57,269 nt of DNA from an uncultured Collinsella sp. (GTDB taxonomy: Bacteria; Actinomycetota; Coriobacteriia; Coriobacteriales; Coriobacteriaceae). A program made the position numbers and the translations under genes. The notes under the pieces were generated by a model. That model was not told where the DNA came from. It saw nothing but the letters and a program-made list of their open reading frames with translations, and made no database searches. The stretch covers positions 1-57,269 of the forward strand of contig CAUEUQ010000001.1 of the NCBI GenBank assembly GCA_959021215.1, read 5' to 3'. Below are positions 48,000-57,269 of the stretch, piece after piece (position 1 is the stretch's first letter; the number at the start of each line of letters is the position of its first letter).

Positions 48000-49138
48000 T
48001 TCCCGGCCTCGAAATGCTCGTAAGCAGCCATGCCAGTCGCCGTGAACGTCTTCCCATCCCGGTACACGCGCAGCGCCGAATCCAGAAGGGGCAGATACGC
48101 CATGGCGCCCGCGCCCTCGCCCAAGTGCATACCTGCGTCGAGGGGTGCCTTTATGCCGAGCTCGCGAAGGAGCTCCTGGCTTGCGGGTTCACTTGATGCG
48201 TGGGTGCCCACGAGGTAGCCCAAGGCGTTGGGGCACAGGCGCGCCGCGCACAGGGCCGCCGTGCAGGATATGACCCCGTCGAGGAGCGCCGGCGCCTTCG
48301 AGGCCGCGGCCCCCAGGTAGAAGCCGCACATCGCCGCGATGTCGAAGCCGCCCACCTTCGAGAGCACGTCGATCGGGTCGGCGGGATCGGGCGAGTTCGC
48401 GTCGATAGCGCGCTCGACCACGTCGCGCTTGCGCGCGAGCGAGGCGTCCGAGAGGCCCGCGCCGCGCCCGACGAGGCTCCGCGCGTCCGCCCGGATGAGC
48501 ACTGCGGCCACCGCCGCCGAGGTGGTCGTGTTGCCGATGCCCATCTCGCCCGCGGCGAGAAGGCGCACGCCGGCGCGGGCAAGCCCGCACGCGACGGCGA
48601 TTCCGACCTCGATCGCGCGCACGGCCCCATCGCGAGACATAGCGGAGCCGTGCGCGATGTTGCCGCTCCCCCGCCGCACGTTCGCGCGCACCATGCGCGC
48701 GTCATCTATGCCCCGGGCCATACCCACGTCGACGGGCACGACCTCGGCACCCGCGAACGCCGCCATGCGGCAGGCGCTCGTGGCCCCCTCGCACATGTTG
48801 CGCGCGACGGCTCGCGTCACGTCTTGCCCGCTTTGCGACACGCCTTCGGCAACGACCCCGTTGTCGGAGAAGAATACCGCGAGCGCACGGGGAAACTCGG
48901 CCACCTCGGCGCTCCCCTGAGCTGCGGCGATACACGCGACGGCGTCTTCAAAGTCGCCCAATCCCCCCAAGGGGTGCGCGATGGAGTCCCACGCGGCGTA
49001 CGCGGCGGCGCGGGCACACTCGTCTGCGGGCGCGATCCGGGAGAGCGCGGCTTCGAGCACGGCGCCCGGCGCCGACGAAAACGCGCGCTCGACTTCCTCG
49101 CGGATGCAGGCAAACGCGGTTTCGGTTGCTTCAGCCAT
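47996..49138 (-). CDS. cobT: Nicotinate-nucleotide--dimethylbenzimidazole phosphoribosyltransferase
   Basis: DNGVVAEGVS, GEMGIGNTT, GGFDIA, LDGVI, LGEGAGA. Confidence 0.93.
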   Translation of the reverse strand: MAEATETAFACIREEVERAFSSAPGAVLEAALSRIAPADECARAAAYAAWDSIAHPLGGLGDFEDAVACIAAAQGSAEVAEFPRALAVFFSDNGVVAEGVSQSGQDVTRAVARNMCEGATSACRMAAFAGAEVVPVDVGMARGIDDARMVRANVRRGSGNIAHGSAMSRDGAVRAIEVGIAVACGLARAGVRLLAAGEMGIGNTTTSAAVAAVLIRADARSLVGRGAGLSDASLARKRDVVERAIDANSPDPADPIDVLSKVGGFDIAAMCGFYLGAAASKAPALLDGVISCTAALCAARLCPNALGYLVGTHASSEPASQELLRELGIKAPLDAGMHLGEGAGAMAYLPLLDSALRVYRDGKTFTATGMAAYEHFEAGK

Positions 49139-50513
49139 GCCGTCTCCTCTCTACGAACGACGCTGCGGCAGACGCGAACGCGCGCGCAACGTCGGGGTTC
49201 GCAGGATAGTACACATGCGGGAAGCCCGCAACCAGGGACGGGGTGGTCGTCATGCACGGCCAGCCCTTGTCGCGCCGGGGCTTCTGCGCCCAGAAGTCGC
49301 CGCCCGGGCAGGTGGACTGCCAGTAGTGGAACTCGTGCGCGCGGATGCGTGTGCCGCGCGGCCCGTAGAGCCCGTCGCGTTGAGAAGTGAGCTCCACGTA
49401 CCCGAAATGGGACAGCCTTCCCCCGTTCTCGCTTGCGCCCTCAAGGGCGCCCGCAACAGGCCAGCGCCGCCCCTCGCTATCGGCGATTTCGCGCTGCAGG
49501 TACAGAAACCCACCGCATTCGGCGACCGTCGGCATGCCGGATTCCACCGCGCGCCGCACCGCCTCGCGCATCGGCGCGTTCTCGGAGAGCTGTCGCGCAT
49601 GGAGCTCCGGGTAGCCGCCTCCCAGATAGAGGGCGCTTGTCCCCCGGGGCAACTCGCTATCACACAGGGGGCTGAAAAAGGCCAGCTCGCAACCCAGGTC
49701 CTCGAGCGCGCGCAGGTTCTCCTCGTAGTAGAACGAGAACGCCTCGTCACGCGCGACGGCGACGATGGGCCGCGCTCCCGCGATCGGCTCCAACCGGTAA
49801 GGTTCCTCGCGGATATCGGGTGCCGTCGCCGCTATTTCGAGCAAGCGGTCGACGTCGACGCTCTTTTCCACCAGCTCGGCCATCTTGTCAATGCGCGCGG
49901 AGAGCTGCTTGACTTCGTCGGCGGTCACAAGTCCCAGATGCCGGCTTTCGAGCGAGAACGCCTCGTCGGCGGGGATATTACCCAAAACCGCGACGCCCGT
50001 GTGCTTCTCGATCGCAGGCGCCGCGTAGGCGCAGGCAGCGGCGCTCGTCTTGTTCAGCACGACGCCGCGCACGTTCGCACAGGGCAGGAACTCGGCGATG
50101 CCGCGGATTACGGCGGCGAGCGATAAAGACGCCCCGCGCCCGTTCACCACTAAAACGACCGGCGTTTCCGTGTCACGCGCAACCTGGTAGCTGCTCGCGT
50201 CGGCCACGCCGGGCGCCATGCCGTCGTAGAAGCCCATGACCCCCTCGAGCACCGCGACATCCGCGCCCGCGGCGCCGCGTGCGAGCAGGGCGCGCAACGT
50301 CGGGGCGTCGGTGAAGAAGCCGTCTAAGTTGCCCGAGCGCGCGCCCACGACGCGACGATGAAAGAGCGGATCAATGTAGTCGGGGCCGCATTTGAAGGCC
50401 GCGCATGCAAGGCCGCGGCGCGCGAGCGCGCGCAGGAGCGCGCACGTAACGACCGTCTTGCCGCTCCCGCTCGAGGGCGCAGCGACCATGAAGCGCGGGA
50501 TGGTCGTGCTCAC
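49131..50513 (-). CDS. cbiA: Cobyrinate a,c-diamide synthase
   Basis: SGSGKT, FKCGPDYIDP, EGVMG, GGGYPE, AECGG, HEFHY. Confidence 0.95.
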   Translation of the reverse strand: MSTTIPRFMVAAPSSGSGKTVVTCALLRALARRGLACAAFKCGPDYIDPLFHRRVVGARSGNLDGFFTDAPTLRALLARGAAGADVAVLEGVMGFYDGMAPGVADASSYQVARDTETPVVLVVNGRGASLSLAAVIRGIAEFLPCANVRGVVLNKTSAAACAYAAPAIEKHTGVAVLGNIPADEAFSLESRHLGLVTADEVKQLSARIDKMAELVEKSVDVDRLLEIAATAPDIREEPYRLEPIAGARPIVAVARDEAFSFYYEENLRALEDLGCELAFFSPLCDSELPRGTSALYLGGGYPELHARQLSENAPMREAVRRAVESGMPTVAECGGFLYLQREIADSEGRRWPVAGALEGASENGGRLSHFGYVELTSQRDGLYGPRGTRIRAHEFHYWQSTCPGGDFWAQKPRRDKGWPCMTTTPSLVAGFPHVYYPANPDVARAFASAAASFVERRRHG

Positions 50514-51766
50514 CGGGCGCCGCCTTCCCCACCTGCACCACGCGCGCTGACGAGGAACACGGGGTTTTGCGCCTTCATAAGATGGTGCGAGCCTACAGCC
50601 TCGGCGCGGGCGGCCGACACCTGGCAAGCCTCGAACCCCTTAAAGCGCGAACTCGAGAGGAGCGCGCACGCCTCGGTGAGCGTCTCAACGGTGACGCATG
50701 GCACGCACAGGCGAACCTGCGAGTTCTTCTCGAGCGCCACCTCCACGATGGAGGGAAGCTCGCCCGCGCTCCCGCCGACGAACACGGCGTCGGGGACGGG
50801 CAGTATCGCGAGCGCTTCGGGGGCGACACCGGGGACCGCATGCACGTTGCCGCACCCGAATGCATCCGCGTTCTCTCGGATGAGCCGCACGCCGGCCGCG
50901 TTGCGCTCGACCGCCCATACCGACCCCGCTCGCGCGACGAGCGCCGCCTCGATCGACACGCTCCCCGTGCCGGCGCCGACGTCCCACACGGTGTCGGTCG
51001 CGGTAAGGCGCAGCTTCGCGAGCGCGACGGCGCGCACCTCCTGCTTGGTCATGGGAACGTCGCCGCGGATGAAGAGCTCGTCGGGAATGCCCGAGGAAGC
51101 GTACGGCCAGCGGGAGCTCGCAGGCGACCCGGCGCCGCCTGCGAAATCGATAAGCATCACGTTCAAGTCGTCGAACGTCTGACCTGCGATTTCACTTGCG
51201 GTCGCACAGGTGATGCGCTCGTCGGGGTACGACAGGCGCTCGGCCACCGTCACGCGCGCGTCCCCGAAGCCCGCCTGCACAAGCTCGCCGGAAAGCCGCG
51301 AGGGGTCTTCCCCGCCCGACGTGACGAGGAAGAGCTCACCTGCGCGCTCGGCCTCGGCCACGATGTCGCACGCCACGCCGTGAGCGCTCGCAAAGCGCCA
51401 ATCCTGCCATGGACGCGCGAGGCGCGCGGCGAGATACGACGCTGAGCTTATACCGGGAATGACGCGCACGTCCACCTGCGCGTTGCCGGAGAGCGCCTCC
51501 ACCAGGCGGCGCGCGCCGCTGAACAGCCCCACATCGCCCGTCATCACGACCACGGCGCGCTGCCACGACGCCGCATCGGTGAGCGCGGCGACGATGTCCG
51601 CCGTCTTCACGAGCTCGCATCTCACCACGTCGGGCGGCACGTCGATGCCGGCAAGCGCACGATGAGCGCCGATGACCACGTCGGCGATGTCGATCGCGTC
51701 GAGCGCCGCGCGCGAGAGCAAGTCGGGGTTTCCGGGCCCCGCCCCGATGATCGTTACCTTTCGCAT
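50510..51766 (-). CDS. cbiET: Bifunctional CbiE/CbiT methyltransferase (decarboxylating)
   Basis: GAGPG, TGDVG, PGISS; PMTKQEVR, WDVGAGTGS, AQNPV. Confidence 0.92.
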   Translation of the reverse strand: MRKVTIIGAGPGNPDLLSRAALDAIDIADVVIGAHRALAGIDVPPDVVRCELVKTADIVAALTDAASWQRAVVVMTGDVGLFSGARRLVEALSGNAQVDVRVIPGISSASYLAARLARPWQDWRFASAHGVACDIVAEAERAGELFLVTSGGEDPSRLSGELVQAGFGDARVTVAERLSYPDERITCATASEIAGQTFDDLNVMLIDFAGGAGSPASSRWPYASSGIPDELFIRGDVPMTKQEVRAVALAKLRLTATDTVWDVGAGTGSVSIEAALVARAGSVWAVERNAAGVRLIRENADAFGCGNVHAVPGVAPEALAILPVPDAVFVGGSAGELPSIVEVALEKNSQVRLCVPCVTVETLTEACALLSSSRFKGFEACQVSAARAEAVGSHHLMKAQNPVFLVSARGAGGEGGAR

Positions 51767-52500
51767 GGAATCTCCCGATACCCGCGCGGCGTGACCATAC
51801 GGCCGCCTACGAGCTTCGTGTCCGCGTTGCCGACGAACACGGTGGTGAACATGTCGGCGTCGATCTCCCCCAGCTCGGAGAGCCTGCACATGCCCGACTG
51901 CTGCCCCTCGCGCCCGATGTTGCGTACCCAGCCGCAGAGCGTGTCGGGGGCCTTCCATTCGAGCATAATCTTCGCCGCGCGTGAGAGCCTGTCGGCGCGC
52001 TTTCTGCTGCGCGGGTTGTACAAACAGATGCAGAAGTCGGCGCTCGCCACGGCGGCGAGCCTGCGCTCGATGACCTCCCATGGCGTGAGCAGGTCGGAGA
52101 GCGACACGACCGCGAAGTCGTGGGCAAGCGGGGCGCCGAGCACCGCCGACCCGCTCTGAGCCGCGGTGGCCCCGGCGATAACTTCCACGTCTACATCGGG
52201 GTAGTCCTCCGCAAGCTCCAGCACGGGGCTCGCCATGCCGTACACGCCCGCGTCGCCGCTGCACACGAGCGCCACGGCTTCCCCACTCTGCGCGCGCGAA
52301 AGCGCAAGGCGGCACCGTTCGACCTCGTGCATCATCGGCGTCGCGAGATGCGCCGCGTCGGGCACGGCGGCGAGCGCGAACTCCACGTATTTCGTGTAAC
52401 CCACAACGACGTCGGACGCCTCGAGCGCACGCCGAGCCGCAATCGTCATGCCGTCGGGGCCGCCCGGGCCGATTCCCACCACGAAGAGCTTTCCCATCAC
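51754..52500 (-). CDS. cbiH: Cobalt-precorrin-3 C17-methyltransferase
   Basis: VGIGPG, SGDAGVYGMA, GAPLAHDF..SLSDLLTPW, LYNP, TPRGY. Confidence 0.94.
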   Translation of the reverse strand: MMGKLFVVGIGPGGPDGMTIAARRALEASDVVVGYTKYVEFALAAVPDAAHLATPMMHEVERCRLALSRAQSGEAVALVCSGDAGVYGMASPVLELAEDYPDVDVEVIAGATAAQSGSAVLGAPLAHDFAVVSLSDLLTPWEVIERRLAAVASADFCICLYNPRSRKRADRLSRAAKIMLEWKAPDTLCGWVRNIGREGQQSGMCRLSELGEIDADMFTTVFVGNADTKLVGGRMVTPRGYREIPCER

Positions 52501-53630
52501 CGCTCCTTAAACGAAAGTTCGATAGTTACCTTGGAAAACGCGACGGTCACGCCGCCGTGAGCGATCTTCGAGAAGATAAGTTTGCCCCCGTCCGCGAGCG
52601 CCGCGCGCTCGCACACGTTGTCGACCCCAACCGTCGCGCGCACGAAATCAGATGGCGAAACGCTGCCTTTGACTTGCGACAACTCATCTGCGGAATACGT
52701 CGCAAGCGGAATATTGCGCGCGTGGCAGAAGGCGAGCAGACCCTCCTCGTGCGCCTTCACGTCGATCGTCGCCGCCTTGCGCACGGCCAAAGGCGAGATA
52801 CCCGCCTGCCCGCACGCGAGAAGAAACGCCTCCTCGATCGCTTCGGCGCACGCACCGCGACGGCACCCTATGCCCGCAACGATGCAGGGCACGACAAGGC
52901 GAAGCGGCTCGGGCGCAGGCGCCTGCGCCCGCACGCCCGCCGGCTTCCACGTCTCACCGGCGGGCACGACCTCGCCCGTTGTCTCCAAGGCGCGAACGGA
53001 CGCACCTGCATTCGCGCCAGCGAACGGCGACACGACGATATCGGCCCGAGCGCGGTCGGACGCAATGTCAACCCCCTCAGGCGGCTGTCCCGAAATCGGC
53101 ATGTCGGAATAGAGCGCCACGCGCCCGCCCGAAAGCAGCCGCGCCGACACTCGCTTGATGGCCTCGGGATTCGAAACGGCGAGCCCCGCACAGCGCGCCC
53201 ACGTATCCACCGCCCACACGCCGCGGACGTCGGTCGCCGTGGTGATGACGGGGATGGCCCCTGCCGCGCGTGCCACAGTTTGCGCAAGCTCGTTCGCACC
53301 GCCCAAATGCCCCGACAAAAGCGGGACGGCAAAGCGCCCCGCCTCGTCGATCGCCACAACCGCGGAATCGGTTGCCTTCGAGGCGACATGCGGCGCGATC
53401 GCCCGCACGGCGATGCCCGCCGCGCCCACGAACAGAAGCGCGTCCGACGCTTCCCACGCGAGCGCCGTCCATGCGCGCAGGTCGGCCTTCCCCTCGCCGA
53501 ACCCGCGCGAAACGGAAACGTCCCAGCCAGGGTCATCTTCACCTGTCTGTGCGCAATCGGAAAGCGCGCGTGCGGTGCGCTCCGCCAACGCATACCCCCT
53601 CTCAGTGAACGCTATGCAGGAAACCCTCAT
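52497..53630 (-). CDS. cbiG: Cobalt-precorrin-5A hydrolase
   Basis: GIAVRAIAP, SGHLGGAN, ITTATD, GIGCRRG, VCERAA. Confidence 0.93.
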   Translation of the reverse strand: MRVSCIAFTERGYALAERTARALSDCAQTGEDDPGWDVSVSRGFGEGKADLRAWTALAWEASDALLFVGAAGIAVRAIAPHVASKATDSAVVAIDEAGRFAVPLLSGHLGGANELAQTVARAAGAIPVITTATDVRGVWAVDTWARCAGLAVSNPEAIKRVSARLLSGGRVALYSDMPISGQPPEGVDIASDRARADIVVSPFAGANAGASVRALETTGEVVPAGETWKPAGVRAQAPAPEPLRLVVPCIVAGIGCRRGACAEAIEEAFLLACGQAGISPLAVRKAATIDVKAHEEGLLAFCHARNIPLATYSADELSQVKGSVSPSDFVRATVGVDNVCERAALADGGKLIFSKIAHGGVTVAFSKVTIELSFKER

Positions 53631-53864
53631 CTAGCGCACCACCATCGTCGAGAAGTAGCTGCCCCGATCGGGCACATCGTCGAGCGAACGGTACACGCGC
53701 TCGCCCGGAAGCCCACAGTCCTCTACGAGCTCGGCACCGTCGAAGGCGCCCTCCTCGCGAAGGATGCGCTTCGTGTCCGCAAGCGAGCGGCGCGCCTTCA
53801 TGACCACCTTCGTCCCTGGCCAGCCGATTGCGCGGCCCACCCCATACAGCACGCCTTTACTCAT
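53631..53864 (-). pseudogene. cbiL: Internally deleted cobalt-precorrin-2 C20-methyltransferase (77 aa)
   Basis: N-terminal KGVLYGVG joined in frame to C-terminal GTKVVMK..CGLPGE..SYFSTMVV; GPGDP/SAM-binding core absent. Confidence 0.82.
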
Positions 53865-55041
53865 ACGTCGCCCCCAATTCCCCGATAACTGCTTCGGCGC
53901 CCGACGTGCGGAAAAGCTCGCGGCGCTCGGCGTCGAACACGACCGCGGCGATGTCGCATGCGCCCGCCGCGCGGCGGCGCAACCTGTCCTCGATTGCCGC
54001 AGCGAGCGAGGCGCGCGCAGCGTCCCCCACGCCGGCGGCCTCGATTACCTCGAGCGCCGCCGTGGTCGTGACCGACGACATGATCTCGCGCACGGTCTTC
54101 GCGCCCGCGCCGGCCAAGGCCGCGTGGGCGGCCAGAATCTCCGCGCGGCAGTCGGCGGTACGCGAATGGGTGTCCATGATGCCGCCAGCGACCTTCACCA
54201 GCTTGCCGATGTGTCCCACAAGAAGGACATTGGTGAATCCCTCGCGAACGCAGCAATCAATCGCATCGCCCACAAAGTTGGAGATGAAGACCACCGGCGC
54301 ACCGTTTAGGTGAAAATGCCCCGAGATGAACTGCCCGCCGTAGTTGCCAGGCGTGAGCACGACTCCGCGCCGCCCCATAGCCGCATGCTGCCGGATCTCG
54401 AGCTCGATGCTGTCGCGCAAGGCAGCGAGGCTGCGCGGCTCGACGATGCCCGTCGTACCCAGGATGGAGATGCCGTCCTCTATCCCCAGGTGCGGGTTAA
54501 AGGTCTTTTCGGCAAGGGCAACACCCTCGGGTACCGAAATCGTCACAGCAATATTTCCAGAAAAGCCGTGCGCGGCACACACCTCGCGCACCGCCGAAGT
54601 GATCATCGCGCGCGGCGTCGCGTTGATGGCGGCCGCCCCCACCGGCTGCTCGAGCCCGGGCAACGTCACGCGCCCCACGCCCACGCCGCCATCGACGGAA
54701 ACTTCCGATTCGCGCGTGGGCACGTCCTTGCTGCCCGCAGCACCCGTGCCCGAACCCGCATGTTCCACGCGCGCGTACACGAGCACGCCGTCGGTCACAT
54801 CGGCATCGTCGCCTGCGTCCTTTCGCACGGCGCACTGGGCGCACCCCTCGCCGATGTATGCGTCGACCACGTTCGCCTCGACGGGCAGCCCACCGGGGGT
54901 GACGATCGAAACGAGGCCGACGGGCTTTCGTGACAAGAGCATCTCGCAGGCCGCCTTCGCCGCGAGCGCGGCGCAGCTCCCCGTGGTGTAACCGCAGCGC
55001 AGGCGGGTCGTCCCGGTATATATATAGTGCTCGAAGGCCAC
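53857..55041 (-). CDS. cbiD: Cobalt-precorrin-5B C1-methyltransferase
   Basis: GYTTGSCAA, KDAGDD.DVT, TFNP.LGI..GISILGTTGIV, GHIGKLVK. Confidence 0.95.
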   Translation of the reverse strand: MAFEHYIYTGTTRLRCGYTTGSCAALAAKAACEMLLSRKPVGLVSIVTPGGLPVEANVVDAYIGEGCAQCAVRKDAGDDADVTDGVLVYARVEHAGSGTGAAGSKDVPTRESEVSVDGGVGVGRVTLPGLEQPVGAAAINATPRAMITSAVREVCAAHGFSGNIAVTISVPEGVALAEKTFNPHLGIEDGISILGTTGIVEPRSLAALRDSIELEIRQHAAMGRRGVVLTPGNYGGQFISGHFHLNGAPVVFISNFVGDAIDCCVREGFTNVLLVGHIGKLVKVAGGIMDTHSRTADCRAEILAAHAALAGAGAKTVREIMSSVTTTAALEVIEAAGVGDAARASLAAAIEDRLRRRAAGACDIAAVVFDAERRELFRTSGAEAVIGELGATYE

Positions 55042-55042
55042 G

Positions 55043-55834
55043 CTAGCTGCTCGCCTTCCGATATCCCGTGGCAAAAGAAGGGTCGTAAAGCTTGCTGCGC
55101 TCGTACGACTCCGCTTGCGCGCCGTTGTGCGCAAGCCCGCCGCGAGCTCCGAGCACGCGGCCCACCACCACGAGCGCCGTGCGGTCGATGCCCTCTCGCG
55201 CGCCCGCATCAGCGAGCGTGCCCACTGTGCATCGCACCACGCGCTCCTCAGGCCAGGTCGCCTTGTACACGAGCGCCGCCGGCTCGTCGGAGCTGCGGCC
55301 CGCGGCCAAAAGCTCGGCGGAAAGCTCGGCGAGCATACCCGAGCTCAGGAAGATGACCATGGTCGAGCCGCTTTCCGCCATGGTGCGCATGCCCTCGCCC
55401 GCGGGCATGGGGGTGCGTCCGGAAAGCCGCGTGATCACGACCGACTGGCTGATTCCCGGCAGCGTGTATTCCTGGCGAAGTGCCGCCGCGGCACCGCAAA
55501 AGCTCGACACGCCGGGCACCACCTCGTAGTCCACGCCGCGCGCGTCGAGCGCGTCCATCTGCTCCTGGATGGCGCCGTACAGGCACGGGTCGCCCGTGTG
55601 CAGGCGCACCACTTCCTCGCCCCGCGCATCTGCCGCGCACATCACGTCGAGCACTTCCTCCAAGGTCATGTACGCGCTGTCGTAGACGATGCAGGATTCC
55701 TTGCACTCAGCGAGCAGCTCGGGGTTCACAAGGCTTCCCGCCCAAACGACCACGTCGGCCGCGCGCAGAAGGCGCGCCCCGCGCAGCGTGATAAGGTCGG
55801 CGGCGCCCGAGCCTGCGCCAACGATATGAATCAT
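55043..55834 (-). CDS. cbiF: Cobalt-precorrin-4 C11-methyltransferase
   Basis: VGAG.G, AGSLV, RLHTGDP, EQM, PGVSS, SKLYD. Confidence 0.94.
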   Translation of the reverse strand: MIHIVGAGSGAADLITLRGARLLRAADVVVWAGSLVNPELLAECKESCIVYDSAYMTLEEVLDVMCAADARGEEVVRLHTGDPCLYGAIQEQMDALDARGVDYEVVPGVSSFCGAAAALRQEYTLPGISQSVVITRLSGRTPMPAGEGMRTMAESGSTMVIFLSSGMLAELSAELLAAGRSSDEPAALVYKATWPEERVVRCTVGTLADAGAREGIDRTALVVVGRVLGARGGLAHNGAQAESYERSKLYDPSFATGYRKASS

Positions 55835-55965
55835 CCGAGCCTTCCCTTCCCGTTTCTCATCGCAACCGTTTACGCCGCCATTCGCGCAGCGGGCAAAACA
55901 CGGCGCCCGCAGCGGCAATCGGCGCAAATACGCAGGCAGGAGGCGCAATGCCGCCCGCCCTGGCT

Positions 55966-55994
55966 TTGACACGTTCACAAGTGCCCACTATCAT
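55966..55994 (+). promoter_or_regulatory. Promoter for riboswitch-cbiK transcript
   Basis: TTGACA-N17-TATCAT. Confidence 0.75.
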
Positions 55995-56029
55995 AGTAAA
56001 AGTTTCGGCAACGAGCATATGACAATCGG

Positions 56030-56170
56030 ATAAAAGGAAATGACCGGCGCGGCGCCCGCACAGCCCGCGCTGGCTTGCGGAGGGAACCAGGTGGGAATCC
56101 TGGGCAAGGGACATTACTGTATAGGACGCGCGGGCGAACCGCCTCGCGCCCCAAGCCAGACTGCTTCGCC
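56030..56170 (+). ncRNA. Cobalamin riboswitch (boundaries approximate)
   Basis: AGGGAA-CCAGG-TGGGAAT-CCTGG, ACTGTA, AAGCCAGAC B12-box-like elements in order upstream of cbiK. Confidence 0.85.
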
Positions 56171-56292
56171 TTTTCCTCACGGCATCGCCGTGGCGTAAGC
56201 TCCTTGTGAACCCCGAGGGGTGCGCTTTTCTTTCGCTTGTGCCGACAAGCAACTGTCGCCGGGGGACCGGCAAACCGAGGAAAGGAAAAACC

Positions 56293-57219
56293 ATGTCCGA
56301 CCAGATGTCACGCCGCGGCTTCATGGGCGCCGCAGCAACCGGAGCCGTCGCGCTCGCCGGAGTCGCGCTCGCGGGCTGCTCCAACACCTCCGCGAGTTCC
56401 GAGAAATCGAGTGAAAAGGAGAAGGCCGTGAAGCCGGTCATCCTCGTCACGAGCTTCGGCACGAGCTACAACGACTCGCGCCACATTACCATCGGCGCCA
56501 TCGAAGACGCTATCCGCGAGAAGTACTGGCAGGACTACGACATCCGCCGCGCCTTCACCGCGCAGATCATCATCGACAAGCTGAAGAAGCGCGACGGCAT
56601 CACGATCGACAACATGACCGAGGCGCTCGACCGCTGCGTGGAAGACGGCGTGAAGGAAATCGTCGTGCAGCCGACGCATCTCATGGGTGGCCTGGAATAC
56701 ACCGACGTGAAAGACGAGCTCGACAAGTACGCCGACAAGTTCGACAAGATCTCGCTCGGCGACCCGCTGCTCACCTCCGACGACGACTACAAGAAGGTGG
56801 CCGCAGCCATTAAGGAGAACATGGCGTCCTTCGACGACGGCAAGACGGCGCTGTGCCTCATGGGTCACGGCACCGAAGCCGATTCCAACGCCGACTATGC
56901 CAAGATGCAGGAAGTGTTTAAGAACGAGGGCTTGACGCAGTTCTTCGTCGGCACCGTCGAGGCTGAACCGACCTGCGAGGATGTTATCGCCGCCGCGAGC
57001 GCCGCAGGCTACAAGAAGGCCGTGCTCGCGCCGTTCATGGTGGTCGCGGGCGACCACGCGAACAACGACATGGCAGACGAGACCGACCCCGACAGCTGGG
57101 CTGCGAAGTTCGTGGCCGCCGGCTTCGAAGTGACGTGCCTGCTCCAGGGTCTGGGACAGAACGTCGCGGTCGACGACATCTACGTCTCACACGTGGACGA
57201 CGCCATCGCCAAGCTGTAA
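56293..57219 (+). CDS. cbiK: CbiK-family cobalt chelatase / binding lipoprotein with Tat signal
   Basis: SRRGF Tat motif, LAGC lipobox, SFGTS, RAFT, MGHGT, VAGDHANNDM, GLG. Confidence 0.9.
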   Translation: MSDQMSRRGFMGAAATGAVALAGVALAGCSNTSASSEKSSEKEKAVKPVILVTSFGTSYNDSRHITIGAIEDAIREKYWQDYDIRRAFTAQIIIDKLKKRDGITIDNMTEALDRCVEDGVKEIVVQPTHLMGGLEYTDVKDELDKYADKFDKISLGDPLLTSDDDYKKVAAAIKENMASFDDGKTALCLMGHGTEADSNADYAKMQEVFKNEGLTQFFVGTVEAEPTCEDVIAAASAAGYKKAVLAPFMVVAGDHANNDMADETDPDSWAAKFVAAGFEVTCLLQGLGQNVAVDDIYVSHVDDAIAKL

Positions 57220-57228
57220 ACTCGCCGC

Positions 57229-57257
57229 GCACGGGGGCGCCGGTCGCGTCCCCGTGC
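57229..57257 (+). other. GC-rich stem-loop after cbiK without U-tract
   Basis: GCACGGGGGCGC-CGGTC-GCGTCCCCGTGC. Confidence 0.5.
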
Positions 57258-57269
57258 AACGGGCATGCG

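Noticed and set aside
40079..55978. Long Arg-rich N-terminal extensions on cob ORFs in the ORF track
   Set aside because: Artefacts of upstream in-frame starts in very GC-rich DNA; real starts overlap or abut upstream stops

Overview
High-GC Coriobacteriia chromosome segment; gene set and codon style suggest Collinsella (inference). Left to right: (1) the 5' end of a minus-strand exopolysaccharide/capsule operon headed by a LoaP-type NusG antiterminator with a ~385-nt leader, just downstream of tRNA-Ala(GGC); (2) thiN plus a HAD hydrolase; (3) glycogen cluster glgB-glgP-glgC-glgD-glgA plus a GH13-GH77 fusion, where GlgA and GlgB carry long histone-H1-like Lys/Ala/Thr tails; (4) housekeeping block rsmB-fmt-def-priA-gltX / metK, fused serine dehydratase, L,D-transpeptidase and a MacAB-like ABC exporter; (5) a ~17-kb compositionally foreign anaerobic cobalamin (cbi/cob) island. 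The island starts at an IS21 remnant next to a 67-bp palindrome and has an internally deleted cbiL, a split CobU pair and a riboswitch-controlled Tat-lipoprotein CbiK. The least explained signal is non-coding. There are several families of fixed-length palindromic intergenic elements: two 152-bp copies with co-varying terminal stems, three 67-bp copies and three long near-perfect hairpins. Some have strand-specific A/C-rich compositional halos, and one has a decayed inverted copy of the adjacent gene end. No CRISPR array, rRNA or intact transposase was seen. All calls come from reading the sequence and ORF track by eye; no searches were run.
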